Source: Utricularia gibba
Taxonomy: Eukaryota > Plantae > Magnoliophyta
Direction of reading: 5' to 3'
Assembly: GCA_002189035.1 (NCBI GenBank)
Contig: NEEC01000010.1
Coordinates: 806,001-870,000 of the forward strand
Length of the DNA: 64,000 nt
Shown here: positions 42,556 to 55,384 of the stretch, piece after piece
How positions within the stretch are numbered: position 1 is the stretch's first letter
Layout: each line of letters begins with the position of its first letter
Notes under the pieces: model-generated
Told to the model about the DNA's origin: nothing
Databases searched by the model: none
The model's input: the letters and a program-made list of their open reading frames with translations, nothing else
Made by a program: the position numbers and the translations under genes

Positions 42556-44122
42556 GCATCACGGAGCAGAGCAATTGTTTGCAGGAAGATTCCGACTCCC
42601 CGAGCTTAACGTGGAGGAACGCAATCTCGATATTTGAGCTCCATTAACGGACAAATTTTTTCCTCGAATACATCTACAAGTTTCAAGATTTTTTTCACTG
42701 AATTTTCGAGCTTACCGTTCTGCACGTGGGACCTTCATTTAAATGGGCCCATCAACATAAATTGTTTTTGGGCTTGCATTCTCTTCGGCCCAATATTTAC
42801 GGAATCTTTCCACCGATTCTGATTTATTTATTTTTCGCTTCGCATGAGTAACGCCCAAACCGAAATTTAAGTATATGTGACTAAAAGTAATTAAATCGAA
42901 TCTAACTCACATTTAATTTGTATTGTACTAGTGCATTCGAACAAAAAAAAGTTCATTTTTTTCGATCAAGTTAAATTTTCCATTGAAATTTGAGAATTTT
43001 TAATTTATGGTAATTTTTCACTTTTAACATATTTTTATATTTTCAAAACTTCTTGGAAATACTTATTATCTTCTTAAAGTTTTATATTAGTTACCTAAAT
43101 TGAAATGTTCTTAAATATTGAATATTATTTAATGTAGATGTATGGGTTGCATTAGTGTAATAAATTGCACAAAAAAATCATTTTCAAAGGTTAAGTTCTT
43201 ACAGCAATATCTAACTTGTATGCTTGAGAAGTGGAATTAAGATAATAAAAAATAACTCGTTTTAATTTAAATAATTGGATCCAATAAAAAAAATAAGGGG
43301 CTAATATAGTTTCTCTGTTCATTATAAATCAAGAAATATTGTTTTAAAATTATGAATTCAATTTAAAGCAATGTTTTAGAATATTTTTGAAAGTTATTTT
43401 TATTTTTTAAAAATTATTATTTTTAACTTACTCCTTACTTTTTCAAATTTTTGTAGTATAACTTGAGAAATAATTTTGATAAAATTACTTTTATAATTCA
43501 TATTATTTTAAAATAAAATTATTTTTATTTTTGAAAAAATAGAAATAAATTCAAAAAATTTTCCATAACAGTATTTAAATCAAAATCGAATCCAATACAC
43601 GCTTTTGATTTATTGAATTAGCTCCAATGAATTTTATGCAAAACATCTTTATTAATATTTTATGATAAATAAAATGGATTAAAAAATAAATTGAATATGA
43701 CCCAAAATTCTGAAAATTTTACCAAAATAGTTTATAAAATGATTACCAAAAATGGCATTCCTAGAAGTTCCTAAAAGTGGAAAACTTGGAACGCTATCTC
43801 TTCCACACGGGAAAGGGAAAGGGAAAAGGAAGAGGATGCGAACATATCACAAAACAGCTTAGAGCTTGTTCTTTGCACGCAGGAGTGAAATCTACGTGCA
43901 AAGAGAAAGCTCTACACGAAATCGGAGAGTCAAGTGTGTGATGCCTGGATCATCTCCACTGCTGGCTGCAAGGCAGTCAACTCATTCCCGGGGACCAAAA
44001 GAAAACCGCTACAGTCTACCATGCAGCTAGGCTTCATGATAGCTAGTAAAACAGCAAAAAGAGATGGGCTCTCGGAATGTGAAACCTTCAACCTTATTCA
44101 TGATTGATGATGGATTAGATGC

Positions 44123-44146
44123 TTGCAGCAGCAGCAGCAGCAGCAG
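44123..44146 (+). repeat. (CAG)n microsatellite in the FLZ 3' UTR region
   Basis: tgcagcagcagcagcagcagcag immediately downstream of the FLZ stop codon. Confidence 0.8.
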
Positions 44147-44150
44147 GTAG

Positions 44151-45291
44151 CTAAGCTGCTACAACTTTGGCAGAGAAGCTCTTTGGATCTGAGCATGGGG
44201 ACACGGAGTACTCCATCTGCTGCTTCTTCAACCTTGACTGGCACTTGGCTTCCTTTTTCTCGATGGAGATTTGCTCATCCCGGCACTCTGAGCTGCAGAA
44301 TGCCATGTCTCCTCTGCACAGAACTAGATTTCGATTATACACAGACGCGGCAATGGCCTTCCATTGATGCGAGAGCAATTCACATTCCATTCATTACTTA
44401 CTCAGGTTCTAAACCTTGTTATACTCGGACAAGAAATGCACAGATGAAAAATGGGACAGAATGAACGATCTTCTTCTACAGAAAAGAACACCAAAAGGGG
44501 TTCAAGCCCAACTTCTAAGAATTCTTGCAATCGAATGCATGGAAAGTCAGTTGCTTAACCCAACTCTACTTGCTTAAAATGACAGCATGCTAGGATTCGC
44601 TACTGCTACAAATGAACAGAACATGAACTCAAGATGCGGATACGACATCATCGCCAAATGAAGGCAATGAGTGATCTATTTTCCTCATAAATTACACCCA
44701 TATTCCTACAAAGTGAGAAACTTGTGCCACGGAAGAATCAGTGAGAAGAGACTGTGTATACCTGTACATAAAAATATCCAACCCTTGAAGCATCTTCTTG
44801 CAGAGAGAGCAGTAATTCAGAAAATCAGAAGCCATGAGCTCACCAAACGAAGAGCTGGGCACAGCCTTCGTGCCGCGACTCCCACTAAAAGAAACATGGG
44901 TTGACCCAATAACGCTTTCAGCGGACACAGATCCGAAGTATTCTCTTTTCTCGATCACATTCTCCCCAACATGAGAAATCACGCATGTGTACTCATCCGT
45001 TTTTTCCCATCCAACATTCCCCCCTCTATTCTCCTTAAAAAAGCCGTTTTTACCCAGAATCGGAATCGCGTTCGATGCGGATTTCGGAGATATCGCAACG
45101 ACCGCTTTCCTGTTCAGATCCGGATCTCCACCGCAACGGTGATCGTTCACGGCGGCGAGAATCCCAAGCCCCACAGCCCCATCTGGCTGCTCGAAATTCC
45201 TAGGAGATTTTCGGGCACTGCTCTGTCTCTTGAAATCGGTTAGGTTTAGGAAGGAAAGGTTCAAAGAGAGTTTTCTCTTTGTTCCTTCCAT
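44151..45291 (-). CDS. FCS-like zinc finger (FLZ/DUF581) protein, ~230 aa, 2 exons
   Basis: Exons 44762-45291 and 44151-44313. The zinc finger [27 protein letters not shown] is split by the typical intron. Upstream GLGILAAV and EYTCVISH motifs. Confidence 0.92.
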
Positions 45292-45956
45292 AACAGAAAA
45301 CACGATCTACTTCACTCACCCAGAATCCAAGGTACCACCTTTCAAGCCCAGGGAATCAAAAAACCGAAGCTTGAGCAGATCTTGGGGGAGAGAGAGAAAT
45401 TGGTAGATCAGCCATTCCTCCGCTGCTGCTCTTCTCTCTCCCCAAAAAATTATCGGGGTGCTTCCAGAGCCGAAGGAACCCTTTTTACTGTTTTTCTTTT
45501 ACTCTTTTTTCTATAGGATGGATGAGAAATGACAAAAAATATAAGAATAACAGCGAACGTTATTGGTAAAGTAAACGACGGAGAAGGCAATAGATATCGA
45601 ATTTGTTATATAAGTGGAGCTAAGGTGGGACAAAATCTCCAATGGAAGTATCAGAACTGAGGCTACATCTTAGGATTTATGTCAAAAATGATGGAAGATT
45701 GTAAGAAAAACAAGGATGTACAAAATTGTTGTAGGAGAGGCCGTTTCAGTAAGAGCAATGAACTACGATAGGATACTTTCTTTACTTCTGTTCCAGGCAT
45801 TCTTGGCCATGAAGCTCTGACGACGACACTAGAAATTTGGAGAAGAGTTCACCTGCGAAGAGTTATCATCAATCTCAAGAACTGATCTTTCTCTATTTGC
45901 GGTGAATCAAGTTGACATGTACTCACGTATGAATGGCAAGATTGCTGAATTCCTCC

Positions 45957-48584
45957 TCATGGAATTGTGCTTGCTGAAAACATGTTCATCGACTGTTCCC
46001 CTAAGGTTCGCAATCTGTTGAGCTCCGGTAACACGACGGTCCCGAGATCCGGCCTATCTTTTTTCCTCAACTCGGTGCACTTAAGAGCCATCTTTGCAAA
46101 ACTCAATGCCTCTTCTACTGGCCAATCATGAACTGCAGGGTCGAGCATTTCAGAGAAAGTTCCACGGTCAATAGCTCTTTCCACATAATGAGTTAAACCC
46201 ATTGGAGGTTTGGCTGTTATGATTTGTAGTAGCATTACTCCCAAGGAGTATACATCGGATTTGATTCCCAACATGCCAGTTTGCTGGTATTCGGGGTCTA
46301 TGTAGCAGAAGGTTCCGGCTGCTGCGGTCATGTGATATTGTGTCACACTGTCAGCTACGGAAGGAGGTACAAGCCTAGACAACCCCACATCACTGATCTT
46401 GCTCACAAAGTTACTATCAAGTAGAATGTTTCCTGGTTTTAGATCTCGGTGGACTAAGGGCTCTGGTTTTGTTTGGTGAAGGAAAAGAAGGCCAGCGGCT
46501 ATCTCTGCTGCTATTTTGAACCGGATCTGCCAAGAGAGGACCGGAGTGTTTCCTCGTCGGAACAACCGATCGTCCAAACTGCCGTTAGCCATATGTTCAT
46601 ATACAAGGCAACCATACTCCGGGCAAGCTCCAAGAAGGAGAACCATGTTGGGATGCCTAATGCAACTCAAAACTTCAACCTGCATCAAAGTATAGAAAGT
46701 TTGAGGCTGTGTTTCTTATTTTATCTGGTTTTTTTGGTTTGTATTCACCTCTTGCTGAAACTGTGATCTTCCTTGAGCGGCATCAGGACGAAGAACCTTT
46801 ACTGCTACCGGTGTGTGATCAAGGTGGCACTTAAAAACTGGACCATATCCGCCTTCTCCAATTTTAAGTGATGCAGAGAAGTTCTGCGTTGCGGCTTCGA
46901 TTTCCTCTATTGTGTATTTCCGATAACGAACGCCTACATCCGAGAACTTCTCCATCATCATCTTCCTCTCCTCCACTTCCTTCAGTGCTTTTCTCTCAGC
47001 ATCTATTCTTTTTTGAGCTTCAAGTTCAGCTATTCTCTGAGCCGCTTCAGCTTTTTCAAGAGCAGCCCTGCATTTAGCCTTTTCCTTCTCCGCGATCGCT
47101 AACGCTGCTTCTTCAGCTAGCCTTGCCTCCTCGAATCGTTGCTCTTCTTCAATTTTCCATCGGTGAAGTTCTAGGGCCTGTGTAAATGCAAATTTCAACA
47201 TTTTCTTCTCCTGAATACATGTATTCTGGCTACACAAATTTTACTTTTTGTTTTGCCGAGAGTGCTTCCTTGCAAGCTGAACTGTACATGTCCATTGTTT
47301 GCTTGAGTTCCTGCTTGAGCCTTCTCATCTCAGCTTCTACTTCTTCCTGCATTTACACTTCAAAATCATAAAACAGAAATCACTCAAAGTTCCCTATGGA
47401 TGTTCATTTGCTCACCATGCTTTGGGAGCCTGACAATGAAAAAGCTTCTCCTTCATAGGAGTTAGTTGAGAAGACACCAAAGTTGTCCTTTGATTCCAAC
47501 ATATTTTGATTGACGTATGAAGATCCAAACCCATATCGATTCTCCATTTCGAAGTTACTTAACGTACGAGGCAGCATCATCATCATTCCCTGATCTTGTG
47601 CTCTAGAAGTACGATCACTGCATGGTCTGCTGGAGCTCACAAAAGACAGGTCACTCTCAGGCATCGGAAGTTCTCCAAGCGCACGAATAGAGCTCCTGCC
47701 TCTTGTAAAAGGTGATCTACAACAAATGCAACATTCCGTTCTACTCTCACTTGGTCTGATCAAAATTTGTATGGGTAGCTGATGCTTAACCTTATTGTAT
47801 CAGTGTCCTCGGTGATGCTTCTAGCCCCATATGGCGACAGATGTGCTCCCCGCAAGGAGCCATCGCTTGGTGGTTCGGCGGTTGCTTCACGAGCTCCGTC
47901 TTTGGCAAACGGTGATGTAGCCGGCCTAGTAGAGGCCATCTTCCCCTTGGCAACGACAAACACCGTGCAAAAATCTGGTGCAATCTTAGTAATTGTCCCT
48001 GATACATCAGCACTCTTGATCCCCCTGTCAGGATAGATACTTGTAAGTACTGCGCCTAAGCTAAGCAAAGCGAGCATGGCTTCTCTTCTACAGTACCTAA
48101 CGAATCCAGTCTTAGCAGAGGATCCCACCACCAACGTCTCGATCATGTTGCTCTTCACATACTCAGAGATGGCCCTAGCCACGTCTGAATCCTCGAGCGC
48201 AACGTCAGTGACTTGTATCTATTGAACAATCATGTTACATTCCAGCAGAGATGGCCACATGAGCTGTTTAAGTTTCTTACATCCTTGCGAGTGCAGAAGC
48301 ATCGGAAGGGAAGGAAGATTTCTTTGGCGTGGTTGTCAACTGCTGCCTTTCCTGAGAGTTGGAAGATTTCTTTGGCATGGTTGGAGTTTATATGGAATGC
48401 AGGAGTGGGTGATACTGATCTGGATGTGAAACTCACCTGGGTTGGGAGCTGGGGAGGCCCTCTGTCTGACATGAATCAGGGTGGCGCATTTGCCTTTGGT
48501 GAGGAGATTGTCGACGGCCCACTTCAGCGCCGCTTGGCTTCCTTTGTCTTTGTCCACGGCTACTGCAACTGTCTCCGGCTTCAT
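45957..48584 (-). CDS. Receptor-like cytoplasmic Ser/Thr kinase with N-terminal USP-like domain and coiled coil (RLCK-IXb/PUB35-like, no U-box seen)
   Basis: VAVAVDKDKGSQAALKWA, FLPFRCFCTRKD, RYRKYTIEEIE, IGEGGYGPV, VAVK, HRDLKPGN, ISDVGL, GTFCYIDPEY. The ORF stops shortly after the kinase domain. Confidence 0.9.
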
Positions 48585-51302
48585 TTTCGTTTTCGTCCGA
48601 CGCTGGGCTGGACACAACAGCTGTTTGTGTGTTCAGCGTGATGAAGAGGCCCGAGGTTCCTCTTCTTCTCTTGGGAGAAGAAGAAGCTTTCCTCCTGGGC
48701 AAGCTCCTCGGCACCATGCTTCCAATCCAATCCAAACATTTTATTACATCCTTGTTGAGGTCTCCTACAAAAAAGGACAACCTTCCCTTTCTTACTTTCT
48801 TTGCCAAAGGCTAGGCTCCGCTAGCTTTGACGGAAGAATTTTATTTAAACAATACCGTGCTTGTGGCAATTAAAAAATTACAAAATAAATCCCACTTGCA
48901 TTGCCTGAAATATATTAACTATTTTAAAAAAATAAAGTTGAATCTTGCCATTTACACGATCCAACCTTTTTAAATTCTTAAATATGTTATGGAACCATAA
49001 TGGATTGAGTGTGCGTCAATTAAAAATAATGAAAAATCACATTGTGTTAAATTGTATAATAATATCTTATTAAAATAAAATGTTATTATACTGTGACACG
49101 GATTTTTTTAATTATCACAAAAAGATGTAGCAAAAGGGTTTTGTTGAATTCAAAATCCACTAAGAAATCATGATTAAATAGATACTTTGTGGTGGTTAGC
49201 AATCCACTTATTCATCATTGATTGATGGATATCTTTTGGCTTTATCTCTTAAATTATGTGAGTCGCGAGGATACTTGGCTATTTTTCACCTCACCACATT
49301 CAATTAAAGAGATTGTATCCTTCCTTATCACTTTATGCATGGCTATCACTCCTATCTACATCCTCATAACTCATTTTACTCTTCTCTCTCAACAGCAAGT
49401 ACCTCAATGTGTTTGCCTTTGGCAGTGATTAAATAAATGCATTTATCCACATATTTAAGCGGTTTAAATAAATCGAATGAATAAAGTTAATTCAAATACA
49501 ACTTACGCATTAAATATGGATATATTACTAACGTAGGAGCATTTTCCAACAAAGGATATTACCAAATAATATAAATTCTTGTTGAGAAAATTGCAAGAAT
49601 AGAACCTCAAATTTAAGTCAATATAAAGAATTTAATCTTCAGGTTTTAAATTGTAAAAGAGACATCATAAGTTGTCAAAACTGTGCAACCAAAGCTCAGA
49701 TTTTCAAAATTTTTAAAAAGTAAGCATGTTTACAACACTGCGAATCGACCATGGTTTCAAATTCAACAAAATTTCATGTTAGTACTTTTCACATTTGCGT
49801 TTGAAATTCTACGAATCAAATGATACTCTATTAGGATTATATTGTGTTTTTATTGATGGTGATTCTGCAAGTGAATAGAAACTATTGAAATAATAAAATA
49901 AGTTCGTATCTATAGAGAATTGTTATTGGAATTTTCTTTTCAAAACAAATATTTAAAAGATTGAAAACTAAAGAAAGATTGAGTTTTAAAAACAATAAGA
50001 AAAATAGCCTTGGATATAAGATCCACCTTACTTGAAATTTGTCCTTGCGTGTGTGCAAACCTTGAGAATTAACCTGCTTGCGCAAGCTTTGGGGGTGTTA
50101 CGTTAAAATAGTGCTACTCGATGACCGTTATAGCACCGTTTCTTGTTTTGTGGGATTATGGAATCAACTACGCTACCAGAGACATTTCACCTTTTGTGAT
50201 AATTCATATTTTCCCCACATCCAAATCTAACCCCTACACTTCTCACCTCGCAGACAGATTAGACAGAATGTGTCTTACTAATGATATACGATTGAGCCCT
50301 TCTCCTTAGGTGTTTGAGGCCAATCTTTGATTCTCCCACACTCCCTTAGGGTTATATGGTATTAAAGATCACGTTGGTAAAGAAAACGTTGTGAAAAACA
50401 GAGTCAAACCTCAAATTAAATGTTGAAAAACATAGTAAAACAGTCACACGCACAAGACATGCACAAGCAAGGCTTCACAACAGATCCTCAGCCGCAAGCG
50501 CTGACACACGCATGTTTAACTCTAAACAACAAAAGTTGATAAAAAATGAAAGAAAAGTAATTCAAAACATGCTACACTCGTCTCTAAACCCTAAACTGAC
50601 TCTCTGATTGTCCACTCCTAACTAACTCCTTTGATCTTCGCATTTGGATCTTTATATAATGGTAGGGACTTGTTGAGCTTTCTTGATGGACTCACATCAA
50701 ATTTTCTATCCGGATCTTCTAAGATTTGATACATATCTTCTAGGTTAAGATCCAAGTTTTCTAAGATAAGATGCGAATCTTATCTTATCTAAGAATCTTT
50801 GACTGAGTCTTCATTTAGATAAACCAAATCTTTGACTCAATCAAAATCAACTCGTAAATCTTCCAAATTATGCCAAAATTTTCCTGAAAAATTATAAAAC
50901 ATATTTTCCCTCCAAAAAAATCAAAGTAGTATAAAATATATAAAATTCTTTTAAAAACATAAGAAAAATGGGATAAAAAGAATGCGAAACTCATCCAATT
51001 GAGTCTCAAAAAGCATAAATATAAGTGACAAAAAATTAATTATCATTTATCTCGTATGATTTGAAGTGATGATGATCATATCCCATTCACTTCTTATATG
51101 ATTCAAAGTGATAATGATTATATCACATGTCGTATGATGAAGTATTATATAATCGGTCAGTTTTGGTAATATAGGGGAGATAGAAGGGTTAAATATGCAA
51201 TTTTATAAGTTGAGAATAAAATATTTACAAAAAAAGCAAGTTGGTGAGTCTATGGCATAATTTTGAAATTTAAAAATCAAATTCTTTATATTGACTATAA
51301 GT

Positions 51303-51494
51303 TGTGATGCCACCGCAAACTCCACCCAAATTTTTTTACCACTTTTTTGACTAAGAAAAATAAATTTGTATTATTAAGTCAACCAGAGTACATAACATAT
51401 AGGAGGGAGGATAAGAGTATCTTCATAATGTACTGTAATACAATAAAATGAGTTGGCCATAATTGGACGCCGTGATAACTTAGGGCGTGTGACA
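51303..51494. mobile_element. Possible short, deleted solo LTR
   Basis: TGTGATGCC...GGGCGTGTGACA with flanks taagt/taaga (4/5 match). Confidence 0.3.
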
Positions 51495-52771
51495 TAAGAT
51501 GATCAGAAGGGATGATTCTCTATACAAGAAAAGTGAACATTGTGTTATTTTTGTTATAAAACTGATCATCTCTATTTTTTTTTCAAAAACAAATGTATAA
51601 CTATAAATCATAAATGTATAGTTATATTAACATTTTTTTAAAAAATATGTGATTCTTTTATTTTTTTAAATAATATATAATTTATATTAAAATAAATTTA
51701 CAGTAATCAGCATGTTTCAAATTTTATTCCAAACCTGAAACATAATCAATTTATAAAAAATAACATGATATTTTCATTTAATTTTTTTATTTTTCATTCT
51801 ACATCTTTAAGAATTCTTTTTAAATTTTTTTTCTTTTTCTTCAATAATTTTTTCTTTATTTTTATATTCTTTTTCTATTCATATATCGTTTTATTTTCAA
51901 GTATTCTTTTTATTATTTATACATATATTTTTAGTTTCAATCATACTTTTTTCATTTATTTAAATAAAATCATAATCCCTATTTTGGAAATACAACTCAT
52001 TACACATATAGTCTTCATTTGGAGAAAATTGGTGATGTACTTACTGTTTTCACAAAAAATTAGTTTATGAAATATCTTACTTTTGATATGGTTTGTGAGA
52101 TACCCCATCCCATTTTGTCAAAATTTTGACATTCGCTCCTTAACCTTTATCTGGATTGTGCGTTTTTTTTTTATTTTAAGCTCATATTACCCATCATTCA
52201 ATTGTTTAAAATATTTTAGATCAAGTATGTTCTATTTTTCACTGATTATGTTGTACATCATTTGATAGTTTGGATTATTTGAATCAATTGTTTGTTTGTT
52301 CTTTATTTAAACTCATGTTACGAGTCATTTTATTATTTATAATTATTTGAATTGACTGCTTATTTATTTTTCATTGCAAACTTATATTACACGTTGTCAT
52401 TCAGTCGTTAATCATCAATATGATTGAATGTATATTTACTATTTATTTTGAACATGTAATACTAGGCATTCGATGCTAATTATCGTAAGTAAGGCTAATG
52501 ATGGATCAAAATATTTAATATGTATCATGTACTTGCCACCATTCAATTTTTTTCCAATGAATTTGATTTTTGTTTTGTGTCTGTTTGATTCCAACTCTGA
52601 TGAGGATGAGAGAAAAGATGATGGTGTATGTGATATCAAATTTGTAGCAGCTGTAGTGGAAGGGTGTGTCGTATGATTCCAATGTTCATCATTATATGAT
52701 GAATGCCAGCATAAGTAGATAGAGGGTGAAAAGAAATCTGAATATAGTAAATAGTCTATAATCTCATCTTA

Positions 52772-53830
52772 GGCCTCGTTGGCGGAATGCCCCTGTGTAA
52801 AAAACAGGTTTGCTGAATACCCCGAGTTCTAAAAGTATTGTCCAAATACGCTTGTTTTGAATTTTTTATTATTTTTATATAAATATATTAAAAATATACA
52901 GTTTGTAATGTATAAATGATATTTATTCAATATTTATATGTATATAATATCAAAAAATTAAAAAACAATAATTATTATAAAAACATAAACATAGAAACAA
53001 CAAATAATTCAATAAAAGTCATTTGACATAATGTTTTTAAAAATGTAATTAAAGATATATATATATATATTTTTTTTATTTATTTGTATCTAAATATTTT
53101 CTTATTCAAAATTTTAATTTTGAATACAATTTTGATTTCAAATTAATTCCATACTTTAAAAATTATAAAATCAAAATTAAAATTTTTATTGCAAAAATAT
53201 TTTTACAAAAACATGTCTTTAATATAATCATAACTTACATCTATAACAAATACAATATTAATCATATACTATTTTAACTATGGATTACATGAATATGAAT
53301 CAAATAATAAATATTTATCATTTAATTTATTACATGTGATTTATGTACATATAAATGTAAGATATGCTTTAGTTTATTTATTTAATTTGTATTTTATTAA
53401 TATCTGATTTATAATGGAATTTATGTAATCGATTTATTCATAAAATTTTTAAATATTATACTTAATGTAAAAAAATTGTATGTAACATAATTTAAAAAGT
53501 TTATTGAAAATATAATAATAAGAGAGAATTATTTATCGTATTATTATTTAAAAATACTTTTATAAATGTATTAATAAATTCAATTGAAAATATAAAAAAG
53601 TAAATTAAAATTTATTTGAAAAAATATGTGTATAAATATATTTTTTTACAAATACATGTATTTTTTTTCCCATATATTATTCATATCTATTTGTTTTATT
53701 ATTTTTTCATACAAAAATTAGGGGTATTCAACAAATAGAACAAAAAGATAGGGTATTCTACAAAGGAACTGAAAAGGTAAGGTATTCAGCAAAGGAGATT
53801 TTTACAGTGGGGTATTATGCTAAATTAACA
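52772..53830. mobile_element. Non-autonomous Mutator-like element with degenerate TIRs and AT-rich interior
   Basis: tttgctgaatacc (52809-52821) is the exact reverse complement of ggtattcagcaaa (53781-53793). The TIRs carry ~29-bp-spaced GGTATTC subrepeats. TSD not identified. Confidence 0.65.
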
Positions 53831-54576
53831 TTCGAATAGACATTAGGAATAATGAGAGGACCATAAGGTGTAGCATGGTTTATAGAACCTTGGTGAGTGA
53901 TGGAGTGGTAACTATAATCACCTATAAAAATCATACTATTTCCACAATTATCAGCATCAGATGCCACATGGGCAGCACCTCCATCATCAGAAGCCCCAAT
54001 ACTAGATTGTTGCATCATGTTTGAGGCTTGGTTCTTCATTATTAGGCATGTGGCCTTGATCAAGAGTTGACCCTGGTATCTAAGGAGTGAACTTAAAAGT
54101 CTAATGAGCAAAATTAGCAAGTATTGGCATAACATCACTGCAACGATCATAATAATGTGCAGCCGTGTGATCAATTCGACTACGAATTTGGTAAGTAGGA
54201 AGTGAGAAGTGACCACCATCTCGTTCTGCACGGCCAAAATTTCAACCACCCCCAAGATTCCAAAAATTACCAAAATTATTAGTTCCCTGAAATCGGGAAT
54301 TTCCACCACTGCCAGAGAAGGCACCTTGCAGATAACCACTAGTTGCATCAGAATATTGATTTGAATAACTGTAATTTTGATATGCAGAATTACGACCACA
54401 ACCACGACGACCATGACCCTAAAATTAGGCATTGGCACCACCATCACTACAACATTTTCAAGTAAATTTAGTGTGTAAAAACATGTTTTGGGCCTATTTT
54501 GCATCAGTCTGCTTGTTGGAGTGAACTTACTATTCATCCAGGTCGAGGAATGGTCATCCCATTTGGGCTGAGCCAC
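53830..54576 (-). mobile_element. Degraded Ty1/copia gag zinc-knuckle and protease remnant
   Basis: Degenerate knuckle PTYQIRSRIDHTAAHYYDR, and protease-like DDGGAAHVASD...IFIGD...ITHQGS...LIIPNVY in a different frame. Confidence 0.65.
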
Positions 54577-55384
54577 ATATTTTGACCATTCTACGCAGTA
54601 TTTATTAGTCTAGTGGTAAAATGAGAATTATGCATCTATATAGGCGAGGAGATAAGAAAACCAACGGAAACAAGGAACGAGGAGAGCGAAGCCTCCCCAA
54701 GGCATGGAATAGGGGCAGGTGATCGAGTAGAGAGAGAGAATGAAGATTTCAAACGTAGGGAGAGATTTTTCGGTGAGTTTGAACTAGTTTCAGGGATGAA
54801 GGAGGAACAGTTCCAGTGTGACAGTGGAACTTACCTCCAACGCCTAGAGCTCGTGGAATAGAAATCTGTCTGTGTGAAGAAGACGACAGAAGCAGTTCTT
54901 GAGTGACACTGGAGCTACATCCATCGTCCAAAACGACAGCATAACACTTGAAACCTTCCTAGCTAGCTTTAGAACCAATCTACACGAGAAGAAGAAGATG
55001 AACGATACACTAAACTAACTTAGAGACTTGAACAAACACTTTACTCTCTGTATTTTATATCCGTGCTTACTTTCATGAACATTCTCGTATTTTACATTTC
55101 CAACTTGAACGTTTACCTTGTTTGAATGCCTTCAACTTAGCATGCTTTAGGTTATTTCTTCAACTTAGCCTGCTTTAGGTTGTATTGTTTTCACATGTAA
55201 ATCAAAACATTGACTAAAGCATGCTTAGATTATTTCTTAAACATGGTTAATTTTTGTATTAAAGTGTAATATTTATTTTTTAACTTTGAGAAATGCTGTT
55301 TTACGTATTCTATTGCTTGTCTTTAGTGTAGAAACCCTTTCCAGAATTTTATTAATTTCTTTAAAGTAGAAAGCCATTACCCGA

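Noticed and set aside
50421-50900. Solo LTR
   Set aside because: It has a TG start and LTR-like composition, but no supported 3' end or TSD.
53815-54576. 253-aa ORF as a novel gene
   Set aside because: It is mostly an off-frame shadow of decayed copia gag; only its C-terminus is in the protease frame.
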